33,700 bases of DNA, taken from positions 1 to 33,700 of the forward strand of contig PKCQ01000215.1 in NCBI GenBank assembly GCA_002862265.1, given 5' to 3'. The translations under genes and the position numbers were made by a program. Under the pieces are notes generated by a model, which was not told the origin of the DNA, did not search any database, and saw only the letters and a program-made list of their open reading frames with translations. Below are positions 9,994-19,208 of the stretch, in pieces. Source of the stretch: Planctomycetaceae bacterium. GTDB lineage: Bacteria; Planctomycetota; Planctomycetia; Pirellulales; Pirellulaceae. The stretch's first letter is position 1. The number at the start of each line of letters is the position of its first letter.

Positions 9994-10638
9994 ATGAAGA
10001 ACCTAGATGCTTTCGTCATCGATGAACTGGTTGCCGGAAATCTCCACGGTGAGCAATACCGCCGAGTCTTGAAGGCCTTGGACGAGCAGCCGGACGGTTG
10101 GAAAGAGTGTGCGATGGCATTCCTGCAGGAGCAGGCTCTGAAGCGCGAACTTCGAGTTTTGACGGCTGACGACGAGATCTGGAATCCGAATCGTAAGTCG
10201 AGAGCGGTTGTAGACGCGCCTGCGTCAGTAGAGCCGGTTTCGCCTAGTAAAAGTTCAGAGCACGTTCGGCTCGAATGGATGACTCGACTTTCATCCATCG
10301 CGGCATTGCTGCTGCTCAGCTTCAGTGTTGGCTGGTTCGGCGCGGGTTGGGGCAGGGAAACGTCCGAATCTGATGGGACAACTTCTGAAGCAGCCGTGGC
10401 TGGGGGCCAAGCCAATGAAGTACCTGCAGCGCCCAGTGGTAGCGTTGCACCAATGTATGTGGGCAAGGAAATGATCCCTGTGGATCGTAGTCCGCCAGCA
10501 CTTCTCCAAGAACTGGAAAGCCGCGGCTCTATCAACTTAGAATCGTTTGGTGGCTATGTTCCTGTGCGCGTTGGCGATTCTATTGAGCTAATTCCTGTCC
10601 AACAATACCGTGTCCGCTCTGGCTCGGTTCCTTATTAA
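9994..10638 (+). CDS. Putative single-pass anti-sigma factor
   Basis: Directly after the ECF gene; N-terminal helical IDELVAGNL..PDGWKECAMAFL segment, one TM helix (IAALLLLSFSVGWFGAGW), extracytoplasmic tail ending ..GSVPY. Confidence 0.7.
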   Translation: MKNLDAFVIDELVAGNLHGEQYRRVLKALDEQPDGWKECAMAFLQEQALKRELRVLTADDEIWNPNRKSRAVVDAPASVEPVSPSKSSEHVRLEWMTRLSSIAALLLLSFSVGWFGAGWGRETSESDGTTSEAAVAGGQANEVPAAPSGSVAPMYVGKEMIPVDRSPPALLQELESRGSINLESFGGYVPVRVGDSIELIPVQQYRVRSGSVPY

Positions 10639-10658
10639 GCAGTTGGCAGTTAGCAGTT
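10638..10658. repeat. Heptamer tandem repeat (RGCAGTT)x3
   Basis: agcagtt ggcagtt agcagtt starting in the anti-sigma stop codon. Confidence 0.8.
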
Positions 10659-10659
10659 G

Positions 10660-10718
10660 GCTTTTGCTTTTGCTTTTGCTTTTGCTTTTGCTTTTGCTTT
10701 TGCTTTTGCTTTTGCTTT
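10660..10718. repeat. Perfect hexamer microsatellite (GCTTTT)x9 plus GCTTT
   Basis: Counted directly from the sequence; intergenic. Confidence 0.97.
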
Positions 10719-10813
10719 GGATCGTGCTCGTAATTCTTTCTTTGGCCTCATCTGCCTCTCTCGCGTTTGGTTCAATTCTTTGACGGTTTTTCGCGATTTT
10801 TTTGGAACGGTTC

Positions 10814-10841
10814 GAAACAAGTTCTAACGATCGGAAACCTT
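10814..10841 (+). promoter_or_regulatory. Putative ECF-sigma promoter GAAAC-N13-CGGAAACCTT upstream of the PDZ gene
   Basis: Matches the motif at 9334-9361 with an identical 13-nt spacer. Confidence 0.55.
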
Positions 10842-10943
10842 TTTGCTGATCGATCAAATCATCAAGATCTAAAACGCAAAGCGGTCAGTCGTGGCGCGGA
10901 AGAGAATCAGTAAATACAAATCTATAATTCGGAGCAGATCGAA

Positions 10944-12155
10944 ATGTTCAAGACAATGCAAAGAAAGTGGTTGCGATTGGCTTGTGCAACAATGGTGGCC
11001 TCCTCAGCTGGTTTTGCATTTAGCAATCCTGTCCAAGCACAAGAAGAGTCGGAGTTCGTTCAGAAGATTCGTGTGCTGGCTCAAGCCGGTGACGAGGACG
11101 GCGAAGACGCTAAGGCAGAAGAGATCATCGTCAAAGTCGATGGTTCAGGCAAACTGCCCAAAGTCTGGCTAGGCGTGATGCTTAAGGAGATCGAAGGCGA
11201 CTTGGCTGAATACCTTGGCGACGTCCAAGGTGTCCTCATTGGCGAAGTGATGGATGACAGTCCTGCAGAGAAGGCAGGCCTGAAGAAGGGCGATGTCCTC
11301 AAAGCAGTCAACGATAAAGAACTGGAGGAGACGCAAGTTCTGATGAGCCTGCTAGCGGACACCGAAGTCGGCGAAGCACTTGCGTTCCAAATCCTTCGCA
11401 ATGGCAAGGAAATGGAGCTGAAAGTTAAGCCAGCCAAGCGTCCTAAGCGTTTTGCGGGTGGTGGCGTCTTTATTCCAGAAGATATGGGTATCGACTTGGA
11501 CGTTGAAATCGACGCTGATGAAATCAATGGTGACGTTTTGAAGGCTCTGAAGCGACTCAAGGTCGGTGATGATGACATCAACGTGTTCCGCTTTGGTGGC
11601 CCAGGACTGGCTATTCGCGGCGGCAAAGATGCCAAAAATTCTTCTTCCACCAATCGCATCGCCGTGATCAATAATGGTGGCGAGAACCTAAAGGTTGAAG
11701 TGAATCAAAAGGATGGTGGTCCTGCAACAATCACTGTGACGAAAGATGGCGAGACAGAGAAGTACACCGAAAAGGACTTGGAGGACTTGTCAGAGGATGT
11801 GCTTAAGATTGTCAAGCCAATGCTGGGTGGTGGTGATGCTCGCATCGAGGTACGCACGATGCCAATGGTTCTTGAAACTCTCGAAGGCCGTTTGAACAAC
11901 GAAGATTTGCAAGAGAAGCTTCGTGAGATGGCTGAGAAGCATCGGATCATCATCAGAGGCGAAGCAGAAGAAGCAGAAAAGCAGGCTGCAAAGGCTCGGG
12001 AAGCTGTTGAGAAGGCGATGAAGTCTCAGCGGAAAATCGTTGAAGGCGTTCGTATCAAGAGCCAAGAAATGGAAGAGCTTCGCTCCTTGGTCGAAGAGCT
12101 AAAGCAAGAAGTGAAAGAGCTTCGCAGTAAGCTCAAGGAAAAGGGCGAAGAGTAG
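10944..12155 (+). CDS. Exported PDZ-domain protein with C-terminal coiled coil and no protease domain
   Basis: 403 aa; signal ending VQA; PDZ motif WLGV..GVLIGEVMDDSPAEKAGLKKGDVLKAVN; C-terminal EELRSLVEELKQEVKELRSKL heptads; no HtrA GNSGG. Confidence 0.85.
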   Translation: MFKTMQRKWLRLACATMVASSAGFAFSNPVQAQEESEFVQKIRVLAQAGDEDGEDAKAEEIIVKVDGSGKLPKVWLGVMLKEIEGDLAEYLGDVQGVLIGEVMDDSPAEKAGLKKGDVLKAVNDKELEETQVLMSLLADTEVGEALAFQILRNGKEMELKVKPAKRPKRFAGGGVFIPEDMGIDLDVEIDADEINGDVLKALKRLKVGDDDINVFRFGGPGLAIRGGKDAKNSSSTNRIAVINNGGENLKVEVNQKDGGPATITVTKDGETEKYTEKDLEDLSEDVLKIVKPMLGGGDARIEVRTMPMVLETLEGRLNNEDLQEKLREMAEKHRIIIRGEAEEAEKQAAKAREAVEKAMKSQRKIVEGVRIKSQEMEELRSLVEELKQEVKELRSKLKEKGEE

Positions 12156-12261
12156 CTCTCAAGCGATCAATTCGAATCGGCCTTGCCCTTTTAGGGAGGC
12201 GAGCAAGAGGCAGCTTGCTTCAGAAAATAGCTCGGTCATTCGAACGGAACAGGAAGCGGGT

Positions 12262-12298
12262 GGGCTGTTGCTGAGAAATCGGCAGCAGCCCTTTTTTT
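12262..12298 (+). terminator. Rho-independent terminator of the PDZ gene
   Basis: GGGCTGTTGCTGA-GAAA-TCGGCAGCAGCCC 13-bp stem (2 G-U pairs) followed by T7. Confidence 0.9.
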
Positions 12299-12393
12299 AT
12301 TCTGGTTCTTTTCGAACTCTTTGCGGCACTTAGCGCTGGAAGTGGACGGGGTCACGAATCCGGTGGAAACGCCACCTGATTTAGCTGGCGACT

Positions 12394-13266
12394 TTACTCC
12401 GAGTCAAAGCTGAGAGGCCCAATTCCCTGACTGGCCAGCACTTCCAGATACTCTTTCGGGGAATCTTGTAGCTTCTTCACGCAGCCCAAGCAGCAAACGT
12501 AGACTGCTTTGCCATCGAGGTTGACTTTCATGGGTGGCCCCATCGATCCCAAGTCCTTGTTCATCACGGGGCAGATGTATTGTGCTTCAATCGCCCCGGC
12601 ATCAGCCAAGGACGCCTCGAAAATTCCCGGTCGCACTTCTTTCTGCTTCGGCGCGTAGTATTGCTTAAAGTGCTTCGCTGACTCGCTTTTCAACTTTTTC
12701 GCGCAGGGTTGGCAGCAAACAAACAGTGGTTTTCCGTCCAGCATGACTTTGAGCGGCGCGCCCATCGAGCCAAGCCGCTTGCCAGTAATGGGACAGGTCC
12801 TCTGCAATGACGCCAGAAGTTTGTCGTCAACGAAGGATAGCTTCACGCTTGTCTGCAAGAAAATGGTGTCTCGCCCGGGGAAGTCAATAATCGCATCAAG
12901 ATGTAACTCCTTGCCAACGACTTTCGTCAAGTTCACGGCCGCTCCGATGCCCTCACCTTTCAATCCCTCGAGCCGCAACGCATGGACCTTGGGCGAGTCT
13001 CCGACTTTCAGCTGCAACACGCCTGAAGCTTTTCTGTGTCGGAATACCGTTCCATCGGAGTCGACGAGGTAGAAGCGAATGCCAAGCCGCGAGAGAACGG
13101 TTTCCACTTCGACGGTTCCGACATCGGCAAGGTGCCCGCCGCGCGATCCAGTGTCCGGTTGAGCCGAGACAGAATCTACCGACGTGAACAGCAGGGCCAG
13201 AGACAAGCAGACTTGGACCGAAGTCTCTTTGAATTCTCGGAAAGGCGAGGGTATGCATCGGTTCAT
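12394..13266 (-). CDS. Exported protein with two YHS/TRASH-like Cys metal-binding repeats
   Basis: 290 aa; signal peptide; repeats CPITGKRLGSMGAPLKVMLDGKPLFVCCQPC and CPVMNKDLGSMGPPMKVNLDGKAVYVCCLGC; ATGA overlap with the cusA stop. Confidence 0.75.
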   Translation of the reverse strand: MNRCIPSPFREFKETSVQVCLSLALLFTSVDSVSAQPDTGSRGGHLADVGTVEVETVLSRLGIRFYLVDSDGTVFRHRKASGVLQLKVGDSPKVHALRLEGLKGEGIGAAVNLTKVVGKELHLDAIIDFPGRDTIFLQTSVKLSFVDDKLLASLQRTCPITGKRLGSMGAPLKVMLDGKPLFVCCQPCAKKLKSESAKHFKQYYAPKQKEVRPGIFEASLADAGAIEAQYICPVMNKDLGSMGPPMKVNLDGKAVYVCCLGCVKKLQDSPKEYLEVLASQGIGPLSFDSE

Positions 13267-16200
13267 TGGTTTTCCTTTTTAGTAATTGGAGCTTGCCGCA
13301 GTCGGGTTTCCAGGTACGCCGAGTAGACTGTAGGAACGATAAACGACGTTAGGGGCTCAACGAGCATGCCACCAAAAACCGGCAGTGCCATGGCTCGAGC
13401 TACGTCCGCACCCCGGCCATCGCTTAGCAGAACTGGCAACAATGCCACTAAGGTGGTTGCGGTAGTCATCACGCAAGGTCGGATGCGTTTCAGTCCCGCG
13501 GCATAAACAGTGTCACGGATTTTTCGCGCAGACTTTGGTTTCTCGGCGAGAAGCTTTTGATGGATGTACGTCGCCATGACCACGCCATCGTCGACTGCCA
13601 CACCAAACAGTGCGATGAATCCGACCCAGACCGCGGTGTTCAGTTCGACTTGCATGAACGCCACAGCCAGCATGCCCCCCGCGAATGCTACCGGAATGTC
13701 GCTGAACACGGCAAGCGAGATAGGGAGATTGCGAAACTGCAAGTAGATCAGAATAAGATTAATCAGGATCACCAATGGAATGATCCACATGAGACGGCGA
13801 TTGGCTTCGATTTGATTGCGGAAACTTCCAACAATCTCTATCGAGTATCCGGCTGGCAGGTTAAGGATTTCTTGCTCGAGTTGCGCGTCGCGAAGCTGTT
13901 TTTCAATCGCAGCAATAGCTTCCAAAGCCCCCAAGTTTTCCTTCGCAGAGAAAGCAACGTGCGCTACGAGTCTTGCATTTTCGCTGTTGATTGCGGCGGG
14001 GCCCCAACTCGTTTCTAGCTTGGCGAGTTCTTCCAGCGGGACGACTGCAGAATCCGAAGTGACGACTGGCAATCGGTTCAACTGATAAATATGTTGTCGG
14101 GTGTCGCGAATGTATCTCAGACGGACTGGATAGCGCTCACGCCCCTCGAACGTCTGAATGAGGTTCATGCCTCCGAGGGCTGTCTCGATCACTTGGTTGA
14201 CCCTTTCCGTGCTCATTCCGTAACGAGCCGAGCTCTCACGATCGACCGTAAACTCGACGTAAGGTTTGCCGAGCACGATATCAGGATTAACTGTTGCGGG
14301 ATCGATCTGCGGCAAGGTCTTCAATAGCTCTGCAACTTTTATCGCCGAGCGTCCAAGCGATTTCAGGTCGTCACCGAAAATTCGAATGGCCATTGGAGCT
14401 TTGATTCCGGACTGCAACATGACCACGCGGCCTTCGATCGGCTGCAGTTCCGAAGCACGGGTGACTCCGGGAAGCGTCGCAGCACGATTGATCTCATTCC
14501 AGATGTCTTTGGGGGTGATTCCAGGCCTCCACTCCCTCTTTGGCTTTAGCATCACGTAGGTCTCGACCATCGCAGCAGGAGCGGGATCCAAAGCAGACTC
14601 GACGCGTCCGATCTTGCCCAGCAAGTCTTTGACTTCTGGGATCTGACCAATCAGCACGTCTTGTGTCTGCAGGATCTGCATCGCCTGGCTAAAGCTAACA
14701 GCTGGGTAAAAAGTCGGCATGTAGTACCAGCTGCCTTCGTCTAACGCGATCCAGTCATCGGTAGAAAGGCTAGGTAGCAAATGCTTGCCGTCGACGTAGC
14801 CTGGCAATTCGTTGAAGTCGGCTCCGAGTTGTTCTGCCGCGATCTCTACAGGACGGAGGAGTTTCGGGAGTCCAATCCATGCACCGAAGCCCAGTAACAC
14901 GAGAAGCGATGGCAATGACAAAGCTATCTTCTTGTGACCGAGCGCATAGCGAAGTCGCGCTGCGTAGATCCATCGCACTAAGCGGCTGGTGGGAATCTCT
15001 TCAAGCGAGCGGACTCGTTCTCGTTGAAACTGCCAGAGAACAAGTGCAGCGGCAGCTCCCAAAACCAAAGGGCTTGCCCACGGCGGAATTCCAATAAGAT
15101 CCTCGATGGGATCGCCCCAAACAAAATAGCCAAGCGCCCCGAATAGCACGCTCGACGCAAGGCACCAGCCAAGAGTTCGCTTTATCGAAGGGCGTGCTGA
15201 TCTGCGAAGTAGCAAACGGCTAAGCGCTGGCACAATGGTTACAGCCGCGATCAGTGCCGCTGCGATGGCAAAACTCTTGGTGTACGCCAGCGGAGCAAAC
15301 AGCCGGTAGTCGCGGCCGGTCAAGCAAAACACAGGCAGAAAAGAAACGATCGTCGTCATCACTGCAGTTCGAACTGCTGGAGCCACCTCAATCGCGGCGT
15401 CAGCCACCAACCGCCAAGGTTGTGTACCTTCGTCTGCCGCTTCTCGGCCGACTTTCTCGTAGATGTTTTCCGCGACGATGATACCCATGTCGACCATCGT
15501 CCCGATAGCGATAGCTATCCCGGCGAGTGACATGATATTGGCTTCGATGCCGCCGTAACGCATTGCTATGAATGACATGAGCACCGCCGCAGGCAGGCAT
15601 AGCGAGACGATAAAGCTGCTGCGAAAGTGAAGCAGAAACAGCAAGACGACGATCGTGGTAATGAGAATTTCTTCCGCTAGCGCGGTGCTCAGTGTTTCCA
15701 TGGTTTCGTCGATCAGGCCCATCCGGTCATAAACGGCACGCAGTCCGACGCCTTGCAAAGCAGGTTCGATTTGCCGCATTTTCTCGCGCACACGCGCGAT
15801 GACGCGGCGCGGATTCTCACCGTGTCGCATGACGACCACGCCACCAACGGCTTACGAGCCGTTGTAGTCGAGGCCGCCACGGCGAAAGTCAGGCCCAAGC
15901 TGAACACGTCCAAGGTCTCGTACGCGAACCGGTATTCCATCGCGTTGGAGTACCACCGTATCCTCAATGTCGCGAGCAACTTTTTCCGCGTCGCCGCCGC
16001 CAAGAAATCCTTTGCTGCGCAGGACAAACTCCATACCGCCCGTCTCCAGCGTCTTGGCTCCAACATCCAGATTCGACTGTTTGATGGCGGAAACGGCTTG
16101 ATGTAGCGGAATACGAAAGAAGCGAAGTTTGTCGGGATCGAGGTCGATTTGGTACTGACGGATGTATCCACCGATGGAAGCGACCTCACTCACGCCGTCG

Positions 16201-16712
16201 ACTGACTGCAACTCGAATTTAATGACGTAGTCCTGCAGACTGCGAAGATCGGCAAGCGAGAGACCGGCTTCAGGTGGCTCGAGAACGTAGTAAAGTACCT
16301 GGCCTAGGCCAGTTGCATCGGGTCCGAGTTGCGGCGAGACGTTTGCGGGGAGCTGGCTACTCGCGACCCCAAGTTGTTCCAGGACGCGGCTCCTGGCCCA
16401 ATAGAAATCGACATTGTCAGCAAAGGTAACTTGGACAAAGCTGTATCCAAATAGACTCTTACCGCGAACCGATTCGGCTCCTGGAACGGCCTGTAGCGAT
16501 ACGCTAAGTGGGTAGGTAATTTGGTCTTCGACGTCCTTCGGTGACCTGCCGGGCCAAGCCGTAAGTACGATGACTTGGTTTTCACCGACATTGGGAATCG
16601 CATCGATCGGAACAGCGCGGAAACTGAACCATCCAAACACAAGGATTCCGATCATCCCCAGCAAAACGAGAATGGGCTCGCGCGTACTGAATTCGATTGT
16701 TCTTCTGAGCAT
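13263..16712 (-). pseudogene. cusA: CusA/CzcA-family heavy-metal RND permease interrupted by an in-frame TAA at 15852-15854
   Basis: The two ORFs are in one frame: ..GGLDYNGS*AVGGVVVMRHGEN..; motifs DAIPNVGENQVIV, EVASIGG, AIAIGTMVDMGIIVAEN, KRIRPCVMT; about 1149 aa if read through. Confidence 0.88.
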
Positions 16713-18270
16713 TACAAATCCAGTGACTGCTCTTCGAGGCCTTCGAATGGATCTTGCTGTGATCCTGAGCGACCGCTCTTTTCTCCCGGTGGGGAAGCGC
16801 GACTTGGGTCGAGCAGAGAAGCGTTACCGATGAGCTGCGACTGGGAGTCGAGAAGGAAGTTGCCGTCAGTCGCCACGGCTTCTTCGGCTTCCAAGCCTGC
16901 CGAAACAGCCGCGTGAGACTGAGTGAAGGCAGCTACGCTAATTCGTCGGACTTCAAATTTTCCTGGTTCCACTTCCACGTCGATGACGCTGTTGTCGCCT
17001 ACCGTCAGCACGGCGTTTCGCGGCAACAGAATATGTCGCTGCTCGGGAAGTGGCGTGGGGGAAAAACCGAGTTCTGCTGTAGAAACCAATTCCATGTCGC
17101 ACACTGGGCAGGCCCCAGGTTCGTCACGGATGACTTGCGGGTGCATCGGGCTTATGAATTTTCCAGCTAGTTCCGGATCGTAGATCGTGGGTTGGGGCAG
17201 GGCTGGGACGGCAATCCGCGCTTTCGCATAGTCTCCGGGCTTCAAGGTTTCGTTGGGGTTGGCCGGTTCCACTCGGACGCGAAACGTTCGAGTCTTTTTG
17301 TCGACGGTGGGATCGATGAATGCGACTCGACCAACGAATAGTTTTTCGGGATCGGAGGAAATCTGTGCAGTCACTCGCTGCCCAAATCGAACAACCGAGG
17401 CGTCATCAGGAAATAGATCAAGCATTAGCCAGACGGTCGAAAGGTCGGCCACGCGGTATAGAGGCTGGCCTGCTTGAACGTAGTCACCCTCGGCTACCAG
17501 CTTTGCGATGACTCGCCCGCCTTGCGGGGACTCGATCCGCACGCGCGAAGAGGGCTTTCGTCGCTCCCCGAGTGCAACGATTTGAGCAGAACTCATCCCG
17601 AGCTCAACCAGTCGTTCCGAGTTAGGGCAAGGATTCCTTGGCGATCAACTATGCCAGACGTTGCTTGACCGAGGTTTGCCAGGTATTCGGTTTGAGCAGT
17701 GAAGAGTTCTGGACTGTATAGGATTGCAAGGTTGTCTCCATGCTTCACCGGTATGCCTACATAGTCGGCAAACAGTTTTTCCAGTCGTCCGTCGGTGTAG
17801 GCCGCGATCGTGGAAAGTTGGCTTTGGTCGTATTCGATGGAACCAATAGTGCGGATGCTCCGCTTGGCCTGAGCTAACTTGGCCTTGGCAGTGCGGATCC
17901 CGAGGATTCTTCGGATTGCCGGTTCAATTTCGAAGGAAATGCCGTCGCTCCCTTGTTGAGTCGTGGGTTCCAACTTCATCGCACAGACGGGGCATCGGCC
18001 CGGTTTTGAACTCGGTGGAACGCACATCATCGGACAGACGTAGCGGGTTGCTGTAGATGCAGAGGATGGAGCCGTCGTGTTCGCGTCGTTGCTCTTGATC
18101 CAGCCTTGACGCTGGGCGAAACCAAGTAGCCATATGGCTGCAGCGACGGTTAGGAGAACGATGGCCGACTTGGTCAAGCTGCGCAGCAGCCATGACCATC
18201 GCGAAAGCCAATTGCGAGGCGCCACTGAGTTAGAAGCGTGCTCGACAATGGAAGGATTTTCTTTGCTCAT
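16712..18270 (-). pseudogene. cusB: CusB-like RND periplasmic adaptor with heavy-metal-binding domains, 1-bp frameshift near 17617
   Basis: N part (TM, YVCPMMC..CPVC, YSPELFTAQTEYL) and C part (ADLSTVW, FIDPTVD..TRT, SPMHPQ..CPVCDM) join as ..LTRERLVELGMS.. if one G is added; TAATG overlap with cusA. Confidence 0.87.
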
Positions 18271-18420
18271 GGAATACTGTCCAACGGATCATGAAAAAGA
18301 CATCGTGGGACAAGAGGTCCCAAGGTCACAGGTCAATGATCGTGAAAGGTCGATGGAATGCGCAAGTACGAAGTGTCAGCGAATAAGTGAACTTCGATTA
18401 CCGAAAATCTTGACGAATTA

Positions 18421-18480
18421 CGCTCAGAGGATCGGCACTAGCCTCAGAGTCTGAGAGCCAACACAAGCCGACGCCGAGCG
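18421..18480 (-). promoter_or_regulatory. Long interrupted stem-loop between the Cys-rich leader ORF and cusB
   Basis: Nested arms CGCTC/GAGCG, TCGGC/GCCGA, TGGC/GCTA (G-U), CTCAG/CTGAG; no U-tract. Confidence 0.45.
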
Positions 18481-18521
18481 CGGGCTGGGCGTTCAACGTG
18501 CGCAGCAGCGAACGCGATAGC

Positions 18522-19105
18522 TCAAAGCCGCCAGACGCAAAGAGATGCGCGCGGAGAAAGGTGCAGACGATCTGGCCGCTGCACCACAACGGGACTCTTT
18601 CGAGACGAGTCCGTTGGATCTAAGGCGACTGGTCTTGTGATTTCATAGCCAATCAGTCTTTTGGCCGATTGCTGATGGGAATGGCGATTAGACGGATCAT
18701 TAGAAAGAGGCGTGTCGGATCGAATACAGTTACAGCTGCTCTGAACCTCAGGAGTATCGCCGCCAAGGTCTGATGGCTCTCTGTTCGGGCTCACCTCTCT
18801 TGCGGCGTCTTCGTCGGCCGCTTCACTCGAACTGACACAACAACTCTTGGGCTTCGAGGCGGAACGCTTCTAGGTTTTTGTTTGCAACAGGGACAATCTG
18901 TTGCGTTCGTTGCGATTTGGCAGCAGCCACACCCGGGACATGATGAGCCCAGCTCAACATGCTCAACTTGATTTGGGCTGGATGAGCAGGGATTCGCCGA
19001 CAAACAGCCAGCGCAGGAGACCGCAACATGCTGGAAAACCAGCGTGACGATCAGGCAAGCTGTGAGGGCTTTTTGAGTTTTGTGCCTTAGATGCATTGCA
19101 GGCAT
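18522..19105 (-). pseudogene. Cys-rich exported protein ending LCVWRL, frameshifted between about 18846 and 18872
   Basis: N part has a signal-like segment plus CAGC, CPGCGCC, CPCC; another frame continues KRSASKPKSCCV..CNC..LSPRASLCVWRL*; joined about 191-194 aa with 16 Cys. Confidence 0.65.
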
Positions 19106-19208
19106 CCGATCAAAGTTGATGTGCGTTTCTGCAAGTCATGTTACTCCTTGTTGGGTCTGCAGAGAACGCAGATTTTTCGCTTTTCACCCTGAATCGTTGG
19201 ATCACAGG

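Noticed and set aside
10638-10718. CRISPR array
   Set aside because: 6-7 nt tandem units with no spacers and no cas genes
10588-10857. 89-aa minus-strand ORF with an (SK)n tract
   Set aside because: Only the translation of the microsatellite; overlaps the anti-sigma gene and the PDZ promoter
17593-18872. Programmed ribosomal frameshifting at the two cus frameshifts
   Set aside because: No X XXY YYZ slippery heptamer at the cusB site, and the A-run near 18875-18883 lies upstream of a TAG in the needed frame
19080-19208. N-terminal extension of TolC from 19080
   Set aside because: Overlaps the divergent gene; the lipoprotein signal starts at ATG 19209
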